DNA of 64,000 nt from Octopus bimaculoides (lineage: Eukaryota): positions 5,966,004 through 6,030,003 of the forward strand of contig NC_068990.1 in NCBI RefSeq assembly GCF_001194135.2, written 5' to 3'. Position 1 is the stretch's first letter. Every line of letters begins with the position of its first letter. Below, piece after piece: positions 51,462-63,972 of this stretch. Both the position numbers and the translations under genes were made by a program. The notes below the pieces were generated by a model. The model saw only the letters and a program-made list of their open reading frames with translations. It searched no databases and was not told the DNA's origin.

Positions 51462-52059
51462 GTGTAGAACATAATAACTTACGAAAGTAGAACCTGTGAA
51501 TTACAAAGTATTCTCATATTCATTCAAGATCGTGATAGGCAATAGAATTTATTGAATTCTCTTATTGAATAATTGTATGTCCTGCACAGACCACAATCAG
51601 TTTCCTTAGATTGTGATTTTACTTTATGGACATGTATACATGTAAGCATAAATCATCTGAATATGACTGACGATTGGACCTGACGATAGCTGTAAGACGA
51701 AGCCCTTAAGCAGTAAATGTAAAGCGAAAAACAAATCGTAATACGGCGCGATTCGAATGCCATATTTACTTTTCCTCCGAACTTAGCTTGCTTTACTAAT
51801 GTTATTTACTTGGTAAGTGGTTGTTTAAGCGAAACCTTACTTGAATAGTATTGTAAAAGTACCCTAACATCAAGATGTTTCGGATCTAGTCTTTTTCATT
51901 CGCAAAATGAGACCTCTTTAATTTTGCTCAGATTGCTTTCAATTTTGGTGTTTCGATGCAACTCTGAATTTTGATTACGATCAACCAATTACTTTATCTC
52001 GTAAATTAAAGAATCTGATGTTATTTGGAATTAAAGTTGGGAAATTTGGGTAATTTTAG

Positions 52060-52105
52060 CCAATCAACAGACAGCGAAGCATTAGCAGCTTGTTGCCATG
52101 ACAAC
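52060..52105. promoter_or_regulatory. candidate promoter: CCAAT box plus RFX X-box
   Basis: CCAATC at 52060-52065 and near-palindromic GTTGCCATGACAAC at 52092-52105, in non-repetitive, relatively CpG-containing sequence. Confidence 0.5.
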
Positions 52106-53180
52106 CACACATTGTGTTGTGTTCCACCTGTATGTTGTGTTGATTCTTCATACAACGAGACTTACTTCACCCGCGGGTTTTGGTTTAATAAAAATTTATA
52201 TTTATCAATTAGAATTTTATTATAGATATTTTTCGTCAATTGTCGTAATATTTTACATATTTTTCATATATAACAAAAGTTATTTGCGATGTTTATACAG
52301 TTTCTTGACATTATGACGGTGAATGGAATACGTGAACTTAGTACAGATAATTTGACATTATTTTTGAATTCTGCATGCAAAAACATGTAGGATACAAGTA
52401 TTCTTTTTCTTGGGACAAATTTTTTGTTGGCCGGTGTTATTCTTATCGTAGTTTACAAATCCAAGCATGAAAACGTTACTCGACTTTGAAGTTTTGGAGA
52501 CACACACACACATGCACTTGTATATTAATGCTGTACACAAATACATGATAGGTAATCATAATTCTGAAATACTCATAAACAGATGCAGACAAATATATTT
52601 ATATTACAAATTTTAAAAAAATAATAAAAATATAGAATCAAGGAAGAAGCAAAAGAAACTGTAGGATAATAATATTGATTTTATTAGGTATTTCTGTTTA
52701 TTTTTAAACCTACAATGAAGAGGTCATTTCACAGACGCTAAACGATAAATTTCACAGGGTACAACCTTAAAATTGACACCACTCCGCTAAACGCAGAAAA
52801 TTTGTCTCGCTATTGGCTATAAATACATGATTTTTTCGATTTTTAAACCTTTGTAACTTTTTCCTCCAATTTTTTTTCTCCACAACATCATACATTCATA
52901 GCAATTAGACTAGAAAACTATATTATTATAGCCAATTTTCAGATTTTTTGCAAATGAAAAAAAAACTATATCCGATATTTGTGCTAAAATGGAATAAGCA
53001 GAACAAGGATAAGACACGTGGGATAGAGAGTTGTTGATGAGGTCAAAGGATGTGTGACGAAAAAGCTTTGACAAAGAAACTAAAATAATAAAGCAGCATG
53101 AGATCGAGAGGAGGGGACGATGGGTTACATACCCCAGAATAAATGGTGTACTTAACTGCGTCCTACGCCCTGTGGCGTCC

Positions 53181-53459
53181 TTAACTGAGTCCTGTGGTGG
53201 CATTGCCGCAGTGAATAACCAGCGACACTCGCTGTAGAAGCTACTCCATATCATGGGGTTCATTTCTCAGACGGGCCGCGGTTATCTCTATTTTGCGGAG
53301 GAAATTGGTAGTACAGGATCTTAGAATACCGAACATCTCGACGGCGACCGTCATAAACTAATGGCGGCCGGCCGAGCCCCTGTATGTGTTGATTTTTCTC
53401 TCCTCCGCGTTACGGGTAGCGACACCCGGGTTTGCGGCCGATGCTGTAAGGTTAAACAT
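53181..53459 (-). mobile_element. CRE-clade non-LTR retrotransposon REL C-terminus (two in-frame stops)
   Basis: SAANPGVATRNAEERKINTYRGSAGRH*FMTVAVEMFGILRSCTTNFLRKI..RNEPHDME*LLQRVSLVIHCGNA matches CRE termini (AA..AE.RK..KY..F.P.AVET.G..LFQR.S.A..RGNA). Confidence 0.8.
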
Positions 53460-54914
53460 CAGATCTTTTGCGCTCATCATGACAGCCAAAAGTTTCTGAC
53501 ACACAACAAACTCTCTTTTCGATTTGCAAATTAAAATTACTACAGCTGTGGTGGTGACATATACCAGGTTTGAAATTCAAACGTTGCTTCAGTCATTGTG
53601 CTATGCATTTCTGAATATGATACATAGTTCAGCTTCCTTCGGTATGCATGACATGATAAAACGAAATTCGATTCCTCATTTCCGGTTGAGTGGTTAGCAG
53701 TATGAAGTGCATCCGTCTGTGAAAGCTCTTGCTTCACCACCCAAAAAAAAAATTATTTCACCCATGCTACAGTTTTGAAAAGTGGAAGTGACGCAGTTAA
53801 AAAAAATGATAGTTCCATGCCAATATAATATTTTAATGTCATAAACCAACAGAGTTGATAAGACTGAAATGGAAGCTAATCAACTCTTTTAATGTATACG
53901 CAACATTAAGCATTCCGCATATAACATTTTGGATATTTTATTAATATTTTCTACAAAATATTTTTGATGTTTTATTTGTTTTCTTTTGTGTGTTTTTTGT
54001 TTATTTGCCTGCTGTTGCTTGTTTTATGTTTGATGATGGGGGGATGGTTGCTAAGTAATTATGATCTTACTCTCCTGACTCATAAACGATGATTTCAAAA
54101 CTTCATGCAGCTGTAGAAATATCTGACTTACCATGGTTACTGATACCGGATATGCTAAACATTATAATAACATAAAGCTGAAATGTCGTTATGTAAAAGA
54201 AATATTTCATTCTCTCAATGTAAATACACTATAGCCATCAATAGAGCAAAAACTACAAAGTAAAAAAGATTAATATTCCTATGAATACCTTTATGTATGT
54301 GCGCGTGTTTGTGTGTCCGTATGAGTGTGTATGCGTGCGCGGGTTTGTATTGATACTGAAAATAAAGTGAATCGTGCAAATATAAAGAGTATATTTATGA
54401 GAGATAACATTAAAAATCTCACGTTTTTATTCTCTCTCATATATGTATTCCTTATATTCCCCATGTTCTGCTTTGTTTAAATGGTAAACATATAATATAT
54501 TCGTCATTCAATCCAAGGTATGTATATAGTTTCTGTTTGCCAAACTGTGCCAAAAGTTCGAGCTTATTCTGTCGAAAATCGAGCAGTTTTTGCAACATTG
54601 TATGACGAAGACTTTTTATCTTTGAATCAGTCAGTCATATGATACTATGTTGACGGGAAAAGTTGTGAAAGGTCTGTGATAAATACACGTATAAGGTATT
54701 TCCATAAATATGTTTGCTGCTAAAAGAAGACATTTGACAAATATGAGACAGAAAAACAAACTATCTAAGCTTCTTAGCTGCGAAATTTTTCAGCATCTTC
54801 TCAACGTTTGTCACAAAGTTTTGAAAGAATTCCGAAGTTTTAGATGCCATTATTCCTTATTCATTGACTGAACATGACTGGCTATTCACAATATAAAAAT
54901 AAGCTCAATGTTTC

Positions 54915-55590
54915 CTACAGTGAATGTAAATATAAGACACACGCAAATGCAATTTGATGACCCTGTCGCCATGAGTTTATTGAAGTAATTTTGTAGTCTG
55001 TCGAATGAAATGGCGGAACTTTTTTCGGTGCAATGACCCTGTCACCGTGGGTTTCTTGAAGTAGCTCTGTTGTCTGTCGAAGGAAATGGTGGGACTCTTT
55101 TTGGTGCGTTGGATCTAGCCCTTCTGTGACTTCAGTCCATGTTGTACAATATGTGTCATATGCGTAGTTTATATGTTCACTGAAATTTTCCTGGCAGACG
55201 ATGGCTACATGCACGGTATGACTGAGATGTTCAGATGTACTAGTAAGTGATTAGATGTTCCAATTTAATTGTTTGAAAAAGTCACAATGATATGTAAAAT
55301 AAAATAGATTATGTTATCCTGGCATGACTGGAAAATGACTGCACTTGGTGTCGTACATGTTGTTTAGCTCCAGGTCGTTTCTGATTGCGCACACTTGCAG
55401 CCATACATATTTCAGCTCTTCTCTCCCACCCTTCTCTCGAATATTGAATACATAGAACTTCATTACAACTGTATTCTCTTTTCAAAGTGGTAACATAAAT
55501 TTTGAGGGATATTTGATTGCTATTCATTGAATCTCTAGTGACTACGTAAAATCTTTCTGGGTAATTTCTTGAAGTGGCAATTTGATGCAT
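54915..55590 (-). mobile_element. possible degenerate Tc1/mariner transposase relic
   Basis: HHFLRQTTELLQETHGDRVIAP resembles QQDGAPPH...T.ELL.E.FGDRVIS; catalytic motifs are not preserved. Confidence 0.3.
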
Positions 55591-55980
55591 TTATTTGTCG
55601 ATAAAGCTTCAGTCAGTTCATAGCAAAATCTCTACTGATTCAGGAACATCTTTATAATCCCACCGGTTAAATTTTCAGGAAAAACCATCCCAATTCTGAA
55701 ATGATTAGGTTGAAATTCCTGAATCAACAAATCTAATAGTATTATATGGTTATACACTCATTCACTCACTCAAACATACACACGCACACACATACACACA
55801 CACAAGCACACACACTCACAAACACACACACACATTCTCACACGCACACGTACTCATACACGAATATACATATACATACATCTATGTTAATATCATATGA
55901 GAATATTTTTGTAACACTGAAACAATATATTCATTATAGAAAATAATCCTTAGTAGCTATCTCACTCAAGATTGCTTTGC

Positions 55981-56049
<69 letters not shown>

Positions 56050-56142
56050 TGAACTACATGAACTTCTAACTTGTTGTCTCTTGAGGTCTCTGGGTGAGAC
56101 TTGGATCCAACTTGTACAAATGCAAAGCAAAAGTCAAACATA
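56050..56142 (+). mobile_element. short LINE 3'-UTR-like fragment inside (AAT)n
   Basis: About 90 bp of unique sequence (CTTGAGGTCTCTGGGTGAGACTTGG) between (AAT)n tracts at 55981-56049 and 56143-56208. Assignment to R4/Dong is inference. Confidence 0.5.
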
Positions 56143-56143
56143 A

Positions 56144-56209
<66 letters not shown>

Positions 56210-57025
56210 TATAAAAATGAAAACGAAAATTGAGAAGGAGTGCATCAGAATGGGGAAGATACTAATGAAATCAAAGCTAAATGGCCCAAATCTAGTAAAG
56301 GCTGTAAATACTTGGGTAGTATCATTACTTAGATACTCAGTAGCTTTTGTAGATTGGACAAAAACTGAATTAGCAAAGCTAGACAGAACTGGGAAGGAAT
56401 TCAGCTGGAATGGAGGACTCCACCCAAGAGAGGAGTAGCAAGATTATATTTACCTAGAAAGGAAGGCGAAAGAGGGTTAATATCAGTAGAAGTCTGCGTG
56501 AAGTTAGTTAGAGTAGATATAGACACCTACATAGGTAATAGTAAAGAAAGTTTATTAAAAGCTGCTAGAGTCACAGTATGGCATAAGGTAACCAAAAGTC
56601 CAAACGAACTTAAAAATCATAAAAAAGAACAGAAATTATCTGACTGGCAGGAGGTGTTGTATTGTAGATTCCCAAAGATAGTTGCAGCAAATGGTAGTAG
56701 TGAGACATGATTATGGTTGCAGATAGGAAAGCTGAAAAGGGAGACAGGGAGTTTGTTAGTAGCAGCACAAAATCAAGCATTAAAGACTAATTGGATAAAA
56801 GCCAAGATACACAAAAACCAATTAGATTGCCAATGAAGGTTATACAAATCAAAAGAGGAAAGCATTACTCATATAGTTTGTGAATATAGCACAGAAAGAA
56901 TACAAGACGTGACAACCTAGGGAGAGTAATCCACTGGGAGCTATGTAGAAAGCTAGGATTTGAACATGCTGTTAAATGGTATGAATATGAACCTAATAAA
57001 TTACTAGAAAGTAAGAAATGCAAGA
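56210..57025 (+). mobile_element. R4/Dong-clade LINE fragment (RT thumb to CCHC knuckle)
   Basis: MKTKIEKECIR..KSKLNGPNLVKAVNTWVVSLLRYS..DWTKTELAKLDR..GGLHPR..LYLPRKEG.RGLISVE..WLQIGKLKRETGSLLVAAQNQALKTNWIKAKI..EESITHIVCE..HWELCRKLG. Confidence 0.9.
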
Positions 57026-57085
57026 CGTTGCTCTTTTATTATTATCATTATTATTATTATTATTATTATCATTATTATTATTGTT

Positions 57086-57142
<57 letters not shown>

Positions 57143-59061
57143 AACCGTCCAGTTCATACCAGAATGGAAAAGGGGACATTAAATGATGACGACGACGACG
57201 ACGACGACGACTAAGATGACGATGAGGATGATGAAGGGTGTATATGTGCGTTTGTACATCTGAGTATATGTGCTTGGTTATATGCTCATATGTCCATATT
57301 TACCAGTGTAAGTCTGTGCTGCACCCTTTTACATCTAAATAAGGGTAGAAATCTATAAAATAAGTAACTGTCTGAAATAAACATGTGTGATAATTATAAT
57401 CAACTAAATAAAAATACGAAATGCAGTTATAGCCAGCATGGTCTCACTGCAATGACTGGAAACATTAAAACAATAAAATGTCTTCTTTACGCACAAATAT
57501 CTTAAATTTTTAAAGCGTTGTACATTAAATGAAATTGCTTACACGTTTCTACAGTATTAGCATTATTGGCCATCGCTTTCGAGTATGTTGATTGTTCACC
57601 TCTTTCATAACGTTACACATCACAAAATTTCCATTACCTATTAACACTTATAAATATTAGTCCATCTCCAAATTTCGTGCAGTCAGTTGAATTGATTCCA
57701 AGTACATTACTGTTGCTTTTTAATAATTCTAAAAAGATGAAGATAGATATAACTGAATTTGGTTACTTTTGAACTCGGAAATAAGAAAAGGAATCAAAAT
57801 ATAGTTAACTAACGTTTTACAATTTAAGTTAGTTCCATCATTTTCTGCCTCTGATTAGCACCACCATTATTTCGAGTTTTTTCAGTCAAGAATTCCGCCA
57901 TCTTGAGCTCACTAGCATCACTCCTGTCATCTCAGGTCTCCAACCATCTTCATTACCTCGGACTTCCAGCCAGCTCTTCCGTCATCACAGGTCTCCAACT
58001 AACTTTTATTATATCGAGCCTCCGACCAGTTCCTCTTTCATCTCGTGTTTCCAACTATTTCTACTCGGATTTCGAACTAGCACCTCCGTCTTTTTGAACT
58101 ACCTACTAGATCCATCGTCTTGGGCCTCTAACGAGCTCCTCCACCTCGAGCCTCTAACCATCTCATCCATCGTATCAGCCTTTCTATCACCTATGTCATC
58201 ACGGGCCCAGATCAGCTGCGTCCTTTTCTTCTTCCAACCTGCTCCTCCCATCTAGCCCCCCCCCCAAACCAATTCTATAATTTCGTGTCTCCGTTAAATG
58301 CGTATTTTGATCAGTTATCAAAGCATTGGGGGAGGTGGGGGTTGTTGATCGTAAAGAGAAATTACATAAAAACTTCACATTTCTTCGTAAAGCCTACATA
58401 ACCTCCTTTATAAATTGCGCTAGTCTCTCTTTGATCTTGAACCTACTATATTTACATATTCTTCATTTCTTTTTCACCAGGCTGAGTGACAGTTTCATTG
58501 CAATTCTCGTCACATTTTCAATGCAACGTTAATTCGTTTCATTTCCAAGAAAGATATCTCATCAAAAGATCTCATTTATCTCCACATTTTTTTTTCCTGA
58601 AGAAACTTGTATCAGCTATGTATATAGATAATTAGCGCATACATGAATAATTATAATGCTGTCAAACTTATGGGACCAATTTCTCCAGCATTTCCCATAT
58701 TAATATTATTCATAGCTAGTACCGTGAATTGATAGAATTGACAGAAACTTTGCCATAGTGGATTAAATGCGTTATAGTGTTTCATTTTCTCCCACGTTCT
58801 TAGTTCAAATATAGAGTGATGTCTGTTTCAAAGTCATTATACAGCATCTTCTAATAAATTTATCTTTAAATTAGCCTTGAATGTTATGAATATAAAAAAA
58901 CATATCTCCGTCAATAAGAGGGTAATAATCAGCCAGACGAATAAGATTACATTATTTTGATTCCATTTCTCTGTATTCTTAATAGACATCCCGCAAAAGC
59001 CAACTTCCTTTTGTAACCTCATGGGCGTTTATTTTAATATATTCGACACCCCTAAGGGGAT

Positions 59062-59270
59062 GAACGGGCAGAATCGTTAGCACGCCGGGCAAGATGCTTT
59101 GCGGCATTTCGCCCGTCATTACGGTCTGAGTTCAAATTCCACTCAGGTCAACTTTGCCTTTCATCCTTTCAGGGTCATAAAATAAGTACCAATTGCTTAC
59201 TGGGGTCGATGCAATTGACTTATCCCTACTCCGAAATCGGTGATCTTGTGCCAAAATTTGAAATCAATAT
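59062..59270 (+). mobile_element. SINE family B
   Basis: GGCAGAATCGTTAGCACGCCGGGC..TGTGCCAAAATTTGAAATC. Confidence 0.85.
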
Positions 59271-59965
59271 AATCGTTACGCTTGTCGAGAACATCCATCC
59301 TTTAATAATGTTTTTAATAGTGAATTAGTGAAGGTGCATGGCCTGATGTCTAGGCTCTTCGTCTCGTGATTATAAAGTTATGTGTGGATGTTTGTGTGAG
59401 TGTGAGCGTCTTTGTGCGTGTGTGCGCGTGTTGGCGCTCGCTCATGTATGTGAGTATCTTTCTATGTACAGATGTATAATACTGCAACCAGTCATGTCCG
59501 TTTCGAGTCTAAGGAAGTTATCTTAGCTATTCGATAATTTAAGACATCGATAAATTCATACCAAACTGAAATAAATAATTTGGTGAATACTATGATTTGG
59601 TATACAAAACAAAATTAAAACGTGACGTGGTTCTCCAATCCTGTCACAATGAAACCAGTAACAGGTGGAGTCTCATATAACTGTTGAAATGTGTTGTCAA
59701 ACAAGACATGTTAACTTTTAAAACAATAGGCTTCAAAGCGGCGTTGGATGTGTTGGTATGAAGAGCATATCTAGTGTAGATGTTTGGCAAAATACGATAG
59801 TAATGGAAACATTCTGAGTTGACAAAGCTTTCAACAGTTTCTCTTACAACACCAAAATAAAGCAGAGGAATATAAAAAATTCTTCAGCAAGATATTGATC
59901 TCGAACAATAGTTTATCTCTAAAAGCGCATTCTTTAGGGAACAGCTGCTACAAAATTATATTTCC

Positions 59966-60007
<42 letters not shown>

Positions 60008-60105
60008 TTCTGTCTCCCTCTCTCTCCTCTCACACACATACACTGATATATACTCAAATGTATATTGTATGTGTAAGCGTTTAGATCTCTGTTGTATATA
60101 TATAT

Positions 60106-60141
<36 letters not shown>

Positions 60142-60992
60142 NNNNNNNNNNNNNNNNNNNNNNNNNNNNNNNNNNNNNNNNNNNNNNNNNNNNNNNNNNN
60201 NNNNNNNNNNNNNNNNNNNNNNNNNNNNNNNNNNNNNNNNNNNNNNNNNNNNNNNNNNNNNNNNNNNNNNNNNNNNNNNNNNNNNNNNNNNNNNNNNNNN
60301 NNNNNNNNNNNNNNNNNNNNNNNNNNNNNNNNNNNNNNNNNNNNNNNNNNNNNNNNNNNNNNNNNNNNNNNNNNNNNNNNNNNNNNNNNNNNNNNNNNNN
60401 NNNNNNNNNNNNNNNNNNNNNNNNNNNNNNNNNNNNNNNNNNNNNNNNNNNNNNNNNNNNNNNNNNNNNNNNNNNNNNNNNNNNNNNNNNNNNNNNNNNN
60501 NNNNNNNNNNNNNNNNNNNNNNNNNNNNNNNNNNNNNNNNNNNNNNNNNNNNNNNNNNNNNNNNNNNNNNNNNNNNNNNNNNNNNNNNNNNNNNNNNNNN
60601 NNNNNNNNNNNNNNNNNNNNNNNNNNNNNNNNNNNNNNNNNNNNNNNNNNNNNNNNNNNNNNNNNNNNNNNNNNNNNNNNNNNNNNNNNNNNNNNNNNNN
60701 NNNNNNNNNNNNNNNNNNNNNNNNNNNNNNNNNNNNNNNNNNNNNNNNNNNNNNNNNNNNNNNNNNNNNNNNNNNNNNNNNNNNNNNNNNNNNNNNNNNN
60801 NNNNNNNNNNNNNNNNNNNNNNNNNNNNNNNNNNNNNNNNNNNNNNNNNNNNNNNNNNNNNNNNNNNTATATATATATATATACTCATATATTTACTACA
60901 CACACGCATATAAATAATTATACATATATACATATACGTGTGTCCGTGTTTGTATTTATTTTTATGTGTTTGCATGTATGTTTGTGCGTGTG

Positions 60993-61031
<39 letters not shown>

Positions 61032-61127
61032 GCTATACATGCATTATTTTATCACTGTTATTACTTTTTAGTGGTAAAGTTATTAATTTCGTTGTTGTTA
61101 TTGCTCTTATACGCATACTCATACATT

Positions 61128-61159
<32 letters not shown>

Positions 61160-61769
61160 TGTATGTGATTTCATGAATAGTGGAAAAATATGTATGCATC
61201 GTTTGGTAAAAATAATGTACCTGATTTGCATACAAGTCACATGAATATGTATGAGATTTTTAAGAAGAGGAAAATCTAGCAATGAAAAATATATATAACA
61301 GGAAATAAATAGCTCTTCTAGGAGAAAGTTGGCTGAAGTATTACACACATCTAATAGGCATACATACAAACATACACATTTAACATACACACACACACGC
61401 ATCCAGATATAAGCACACATTCCGACATACGCCCGCACTAACACTAAGAGACGCATACACACATCAAGTTGATTTTCACATGCACGCAAATATATATACA
61501 TATATATATATATACATATGTATGTATGTATATGTATACATAGGCATAAACATATACATGTATATAGATCTATTAAATGTATATATAACTTAGAGAACTT
61601 AGATATGTATGTGTGTATGAATATATAAGTAAATATTATTTCATATATGCATATACATATACAATATTATGCATACACATATTTGACTTTCTGTATACAT
61701 TAATATATATATACACTCACACATTACTCTAGATGCATGCATACGTAGTTACAATACGTAAATGCAAAC

Positions 61770-62720
61770 AGCTTTCTTGCAAACAGCCTATCTTCGTCGC
61801 ATAGTATCAACAGTATCTACTAACAAACAAGCGTCGAAGTGCATCTTCCTTAGATCAAGCTTGCGTATATGAAGCAAATGGCGTCATAAAATTTAGAAAC
61901 ATACTTCCATCCCTACCAAATAAATATAACTTGATATACGTTTTGGAGACACACAACAAAGGAGACCAAAAGCTCCCCTGTAATAGAGCAACAAACACAT
62001 AGCTATGTTATCAGAAAATTTCAGAGTGACTGTAACATTGATACTAATAAGATGGTCTGGAGCTAAAAGTAATAAGAAAATGCCTGATGCAAGAAAGGAA
62101 CACAGTTGTCTGTAAGACACCCAAATTGGATAACAGATGGATACTCAATGGAATAAACAGATGCATTTGTCCGAAAATGTCATCACAATACTTACTGCCT
62201 GTGGTGCACGATGTAAAGACCAAAATGCTTTCCAATGAAGTCCATAGAAAAGATTTTCCTGAAGATCAGAATATATGAAGTTACAGTGACATAGGAAGGT
62301 ATGCAAACTCATAACAAAAAAGAATGCTAGTAGAAAGTATCTTAGAGCTTTTGGCAGATACTAAAAAGCTAGACACAATTATCTGGAACGGTGAAAAGAA
62401 AGTTTGTAAAGCTACAGAAATCAATTGTTCTGTAGACGTCAACATAATGATGAAAATAAAAGAAAAAGTAGTATAAGTACTGATTTAATGAGAGATCTGC
62501 AGATACTGCACCCGGAATAAAACTTTATATTTATGTCTGCTATTATCGGACTACTTGGCTGTGTGTATGACATCTTCATCTCTGACAAGCTGTGGTGCTG
62601 GGGACTTCACAATGCAAGAGAACCCTTTCTGAGTTCTTGAAGGTTATAAATGGAATTCAAAGCCATTAATGGAATAGTGAGAATCTTTGAAAAACAGTAT
62701 TCTATAAGTCAGCGTGTTGT
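61770..62720 (+). mobile_element. degenerate R4-like LINE 3' part (same family as 2844-3960)
   Basis: QTHSYVIRKFQSDCNID..KLDNRW..CPKMSSQYLLPVVHDV..WNGEKKVCKATEINCSVDVNI..DLQILHPE..IIGLLG..QAINGIVRIF; TACA-like tail. Confidence 0.75.
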
Positions 62721-62855
62721 AGGTACAAGTACACATGGGGAGACATACAAACATATACGTATATAAATACGTAAGTCAAAACATACACTTATGCATGCAA
62801 ATGACATACATATAAACATACATTTATATATACATATATGTATGTATATTTAAAT

Positions 62856-62995
62856 GGTAAGTAGCTTGCTTACAAACCGCATGGTTCCGGGTTCAGTCCC
62901 ACACCTTGGGCAAGTGTCTTCGACTATAGCCTCGGGCCGACCAAAGCCTTGTGAGTGGATTTGGTAGACGGAAACTGAAAGAAGCCCGTCGTATG

Positions 62996-63033
<38 letters not shown>

Positions 63034-63250
63034 GGTGTGTATATGTTTGTGTGTCTGTGTTTGTCCCCCCAACATCGCTTGACAACCGATACTGGTGTGT
63101 TTACATCTCCGTAACTAAGCGTTTCAGCACAAGAGACCGATAGAATAAGTACTAGGCTTCCAAAGAATAAATCCTGGGGTCGATTTGCTCGACTAAAGGC
63201 GGCGCTCCATCATGGCTACAGTCAAATGACTGAAACACATAAAAGAGTAA
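62856..63250 (+). mobile_element. SINE family C with internal (TA)/(GT) microsatellite
   Basis: B box GGTTCAGTCCC, CACCTTGGGCAAGTGTCTT domain, internal microsatellite, tail GACTGAAACACATAAAAG. Confidence 0.9.
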
Positions 63251-63393
63251 GAGAGTAATACATTTTAATTGATTCTCCATTCTCTGGGAAGAATTCACAT
63301 AAATTTCAACTAAAAACATACATAAGCACACACACACGCACACTACATACATACATACATACATACATACATACATACATACATACGTATGCA

Positions 63394-63449
<56 letters not shown>

Positions 63450-63930
63450 TTTTAAATTCATTTATGGTAACGTTAAGTGTATGCAAATAAAGCTCCTATT
63501 TCAGTGTGTCGGCTACCGTATAATGTCACTGACTAGTGAGTCAGTTTTTCGAGGTTGCATCATGGTTATACCGATATAATGTAGGATAAATAGCGTAGGA
63601 TAAATACCGGATACTCACATATAATACGGACTATATTTTACTCACACCAAGGATACAGACACTAATGTTAAAGTTATGTGACTTGTGGAAACGCGCATAG
63701 CAATGTGTTTAAATATTTATAGATTCCATCCTAAAATTATTGCTATTATTATATGTATATGGCTTGGCGATAACTATTAATTTCCAGTACCGCTGCCGTA
63801 GTCTCCTTTAGAGAGACTTAGAAATATTAATAACTCTATTTCTGAAAACCAGTGGATAGATTCCACTGAAATTAGATAAATAACCTTCGAGCAGATAGTC
63901 AGCAGCGCCGCCTGGCTAGGGCTTGGCTGC

Positions 63931-63972
63931 TCTGCATTGACAAGGGGCAACACCCTGAAACTAGTCTGCAGA
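63931..63972 (+). ncRNA. type-I hammerhead ribozyme, U3-A8 core variant
   Basis: UCUGCA-UUGACAA-GGGG CAACA CCCU-GAAAC UA GUC-UGCAGA. Helix I is 6 bp, extended by UUGGC/GCCAA; helix II is 4 bp; helix III is the palindrome ACUAGU; GUC triplet. Confidence 0.75.

Noticed and set aside
51670-51710. CUGACGA-UAGC..GAC-GAAG; similarly CUAAUGU..GAAACGCGC near 63660-63700
   Set aside because: Core and helices are too degenerate to support a call.
52910-53263. 117-aa minus-strand ORF as a host gene first exon
   Set aside because: A different frame over the same bases gives a clear CRE retrotransposon C-terminus, which explains the GC/CpG content.
59640-59880. About 80-codon minus-strand open frame (RETVESFVNSECFHYYRILP...)
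   Set aside because: No recognisable family and no convincing donor; an open frame of this length can arise by chance.
59895-60975. Long ORFs (up to 340 aa) here and at 24486-25357, 36134-36859 and 4647-4986
   Set aside because: They are open only because they cross N gaps and dinucleotide repeats.
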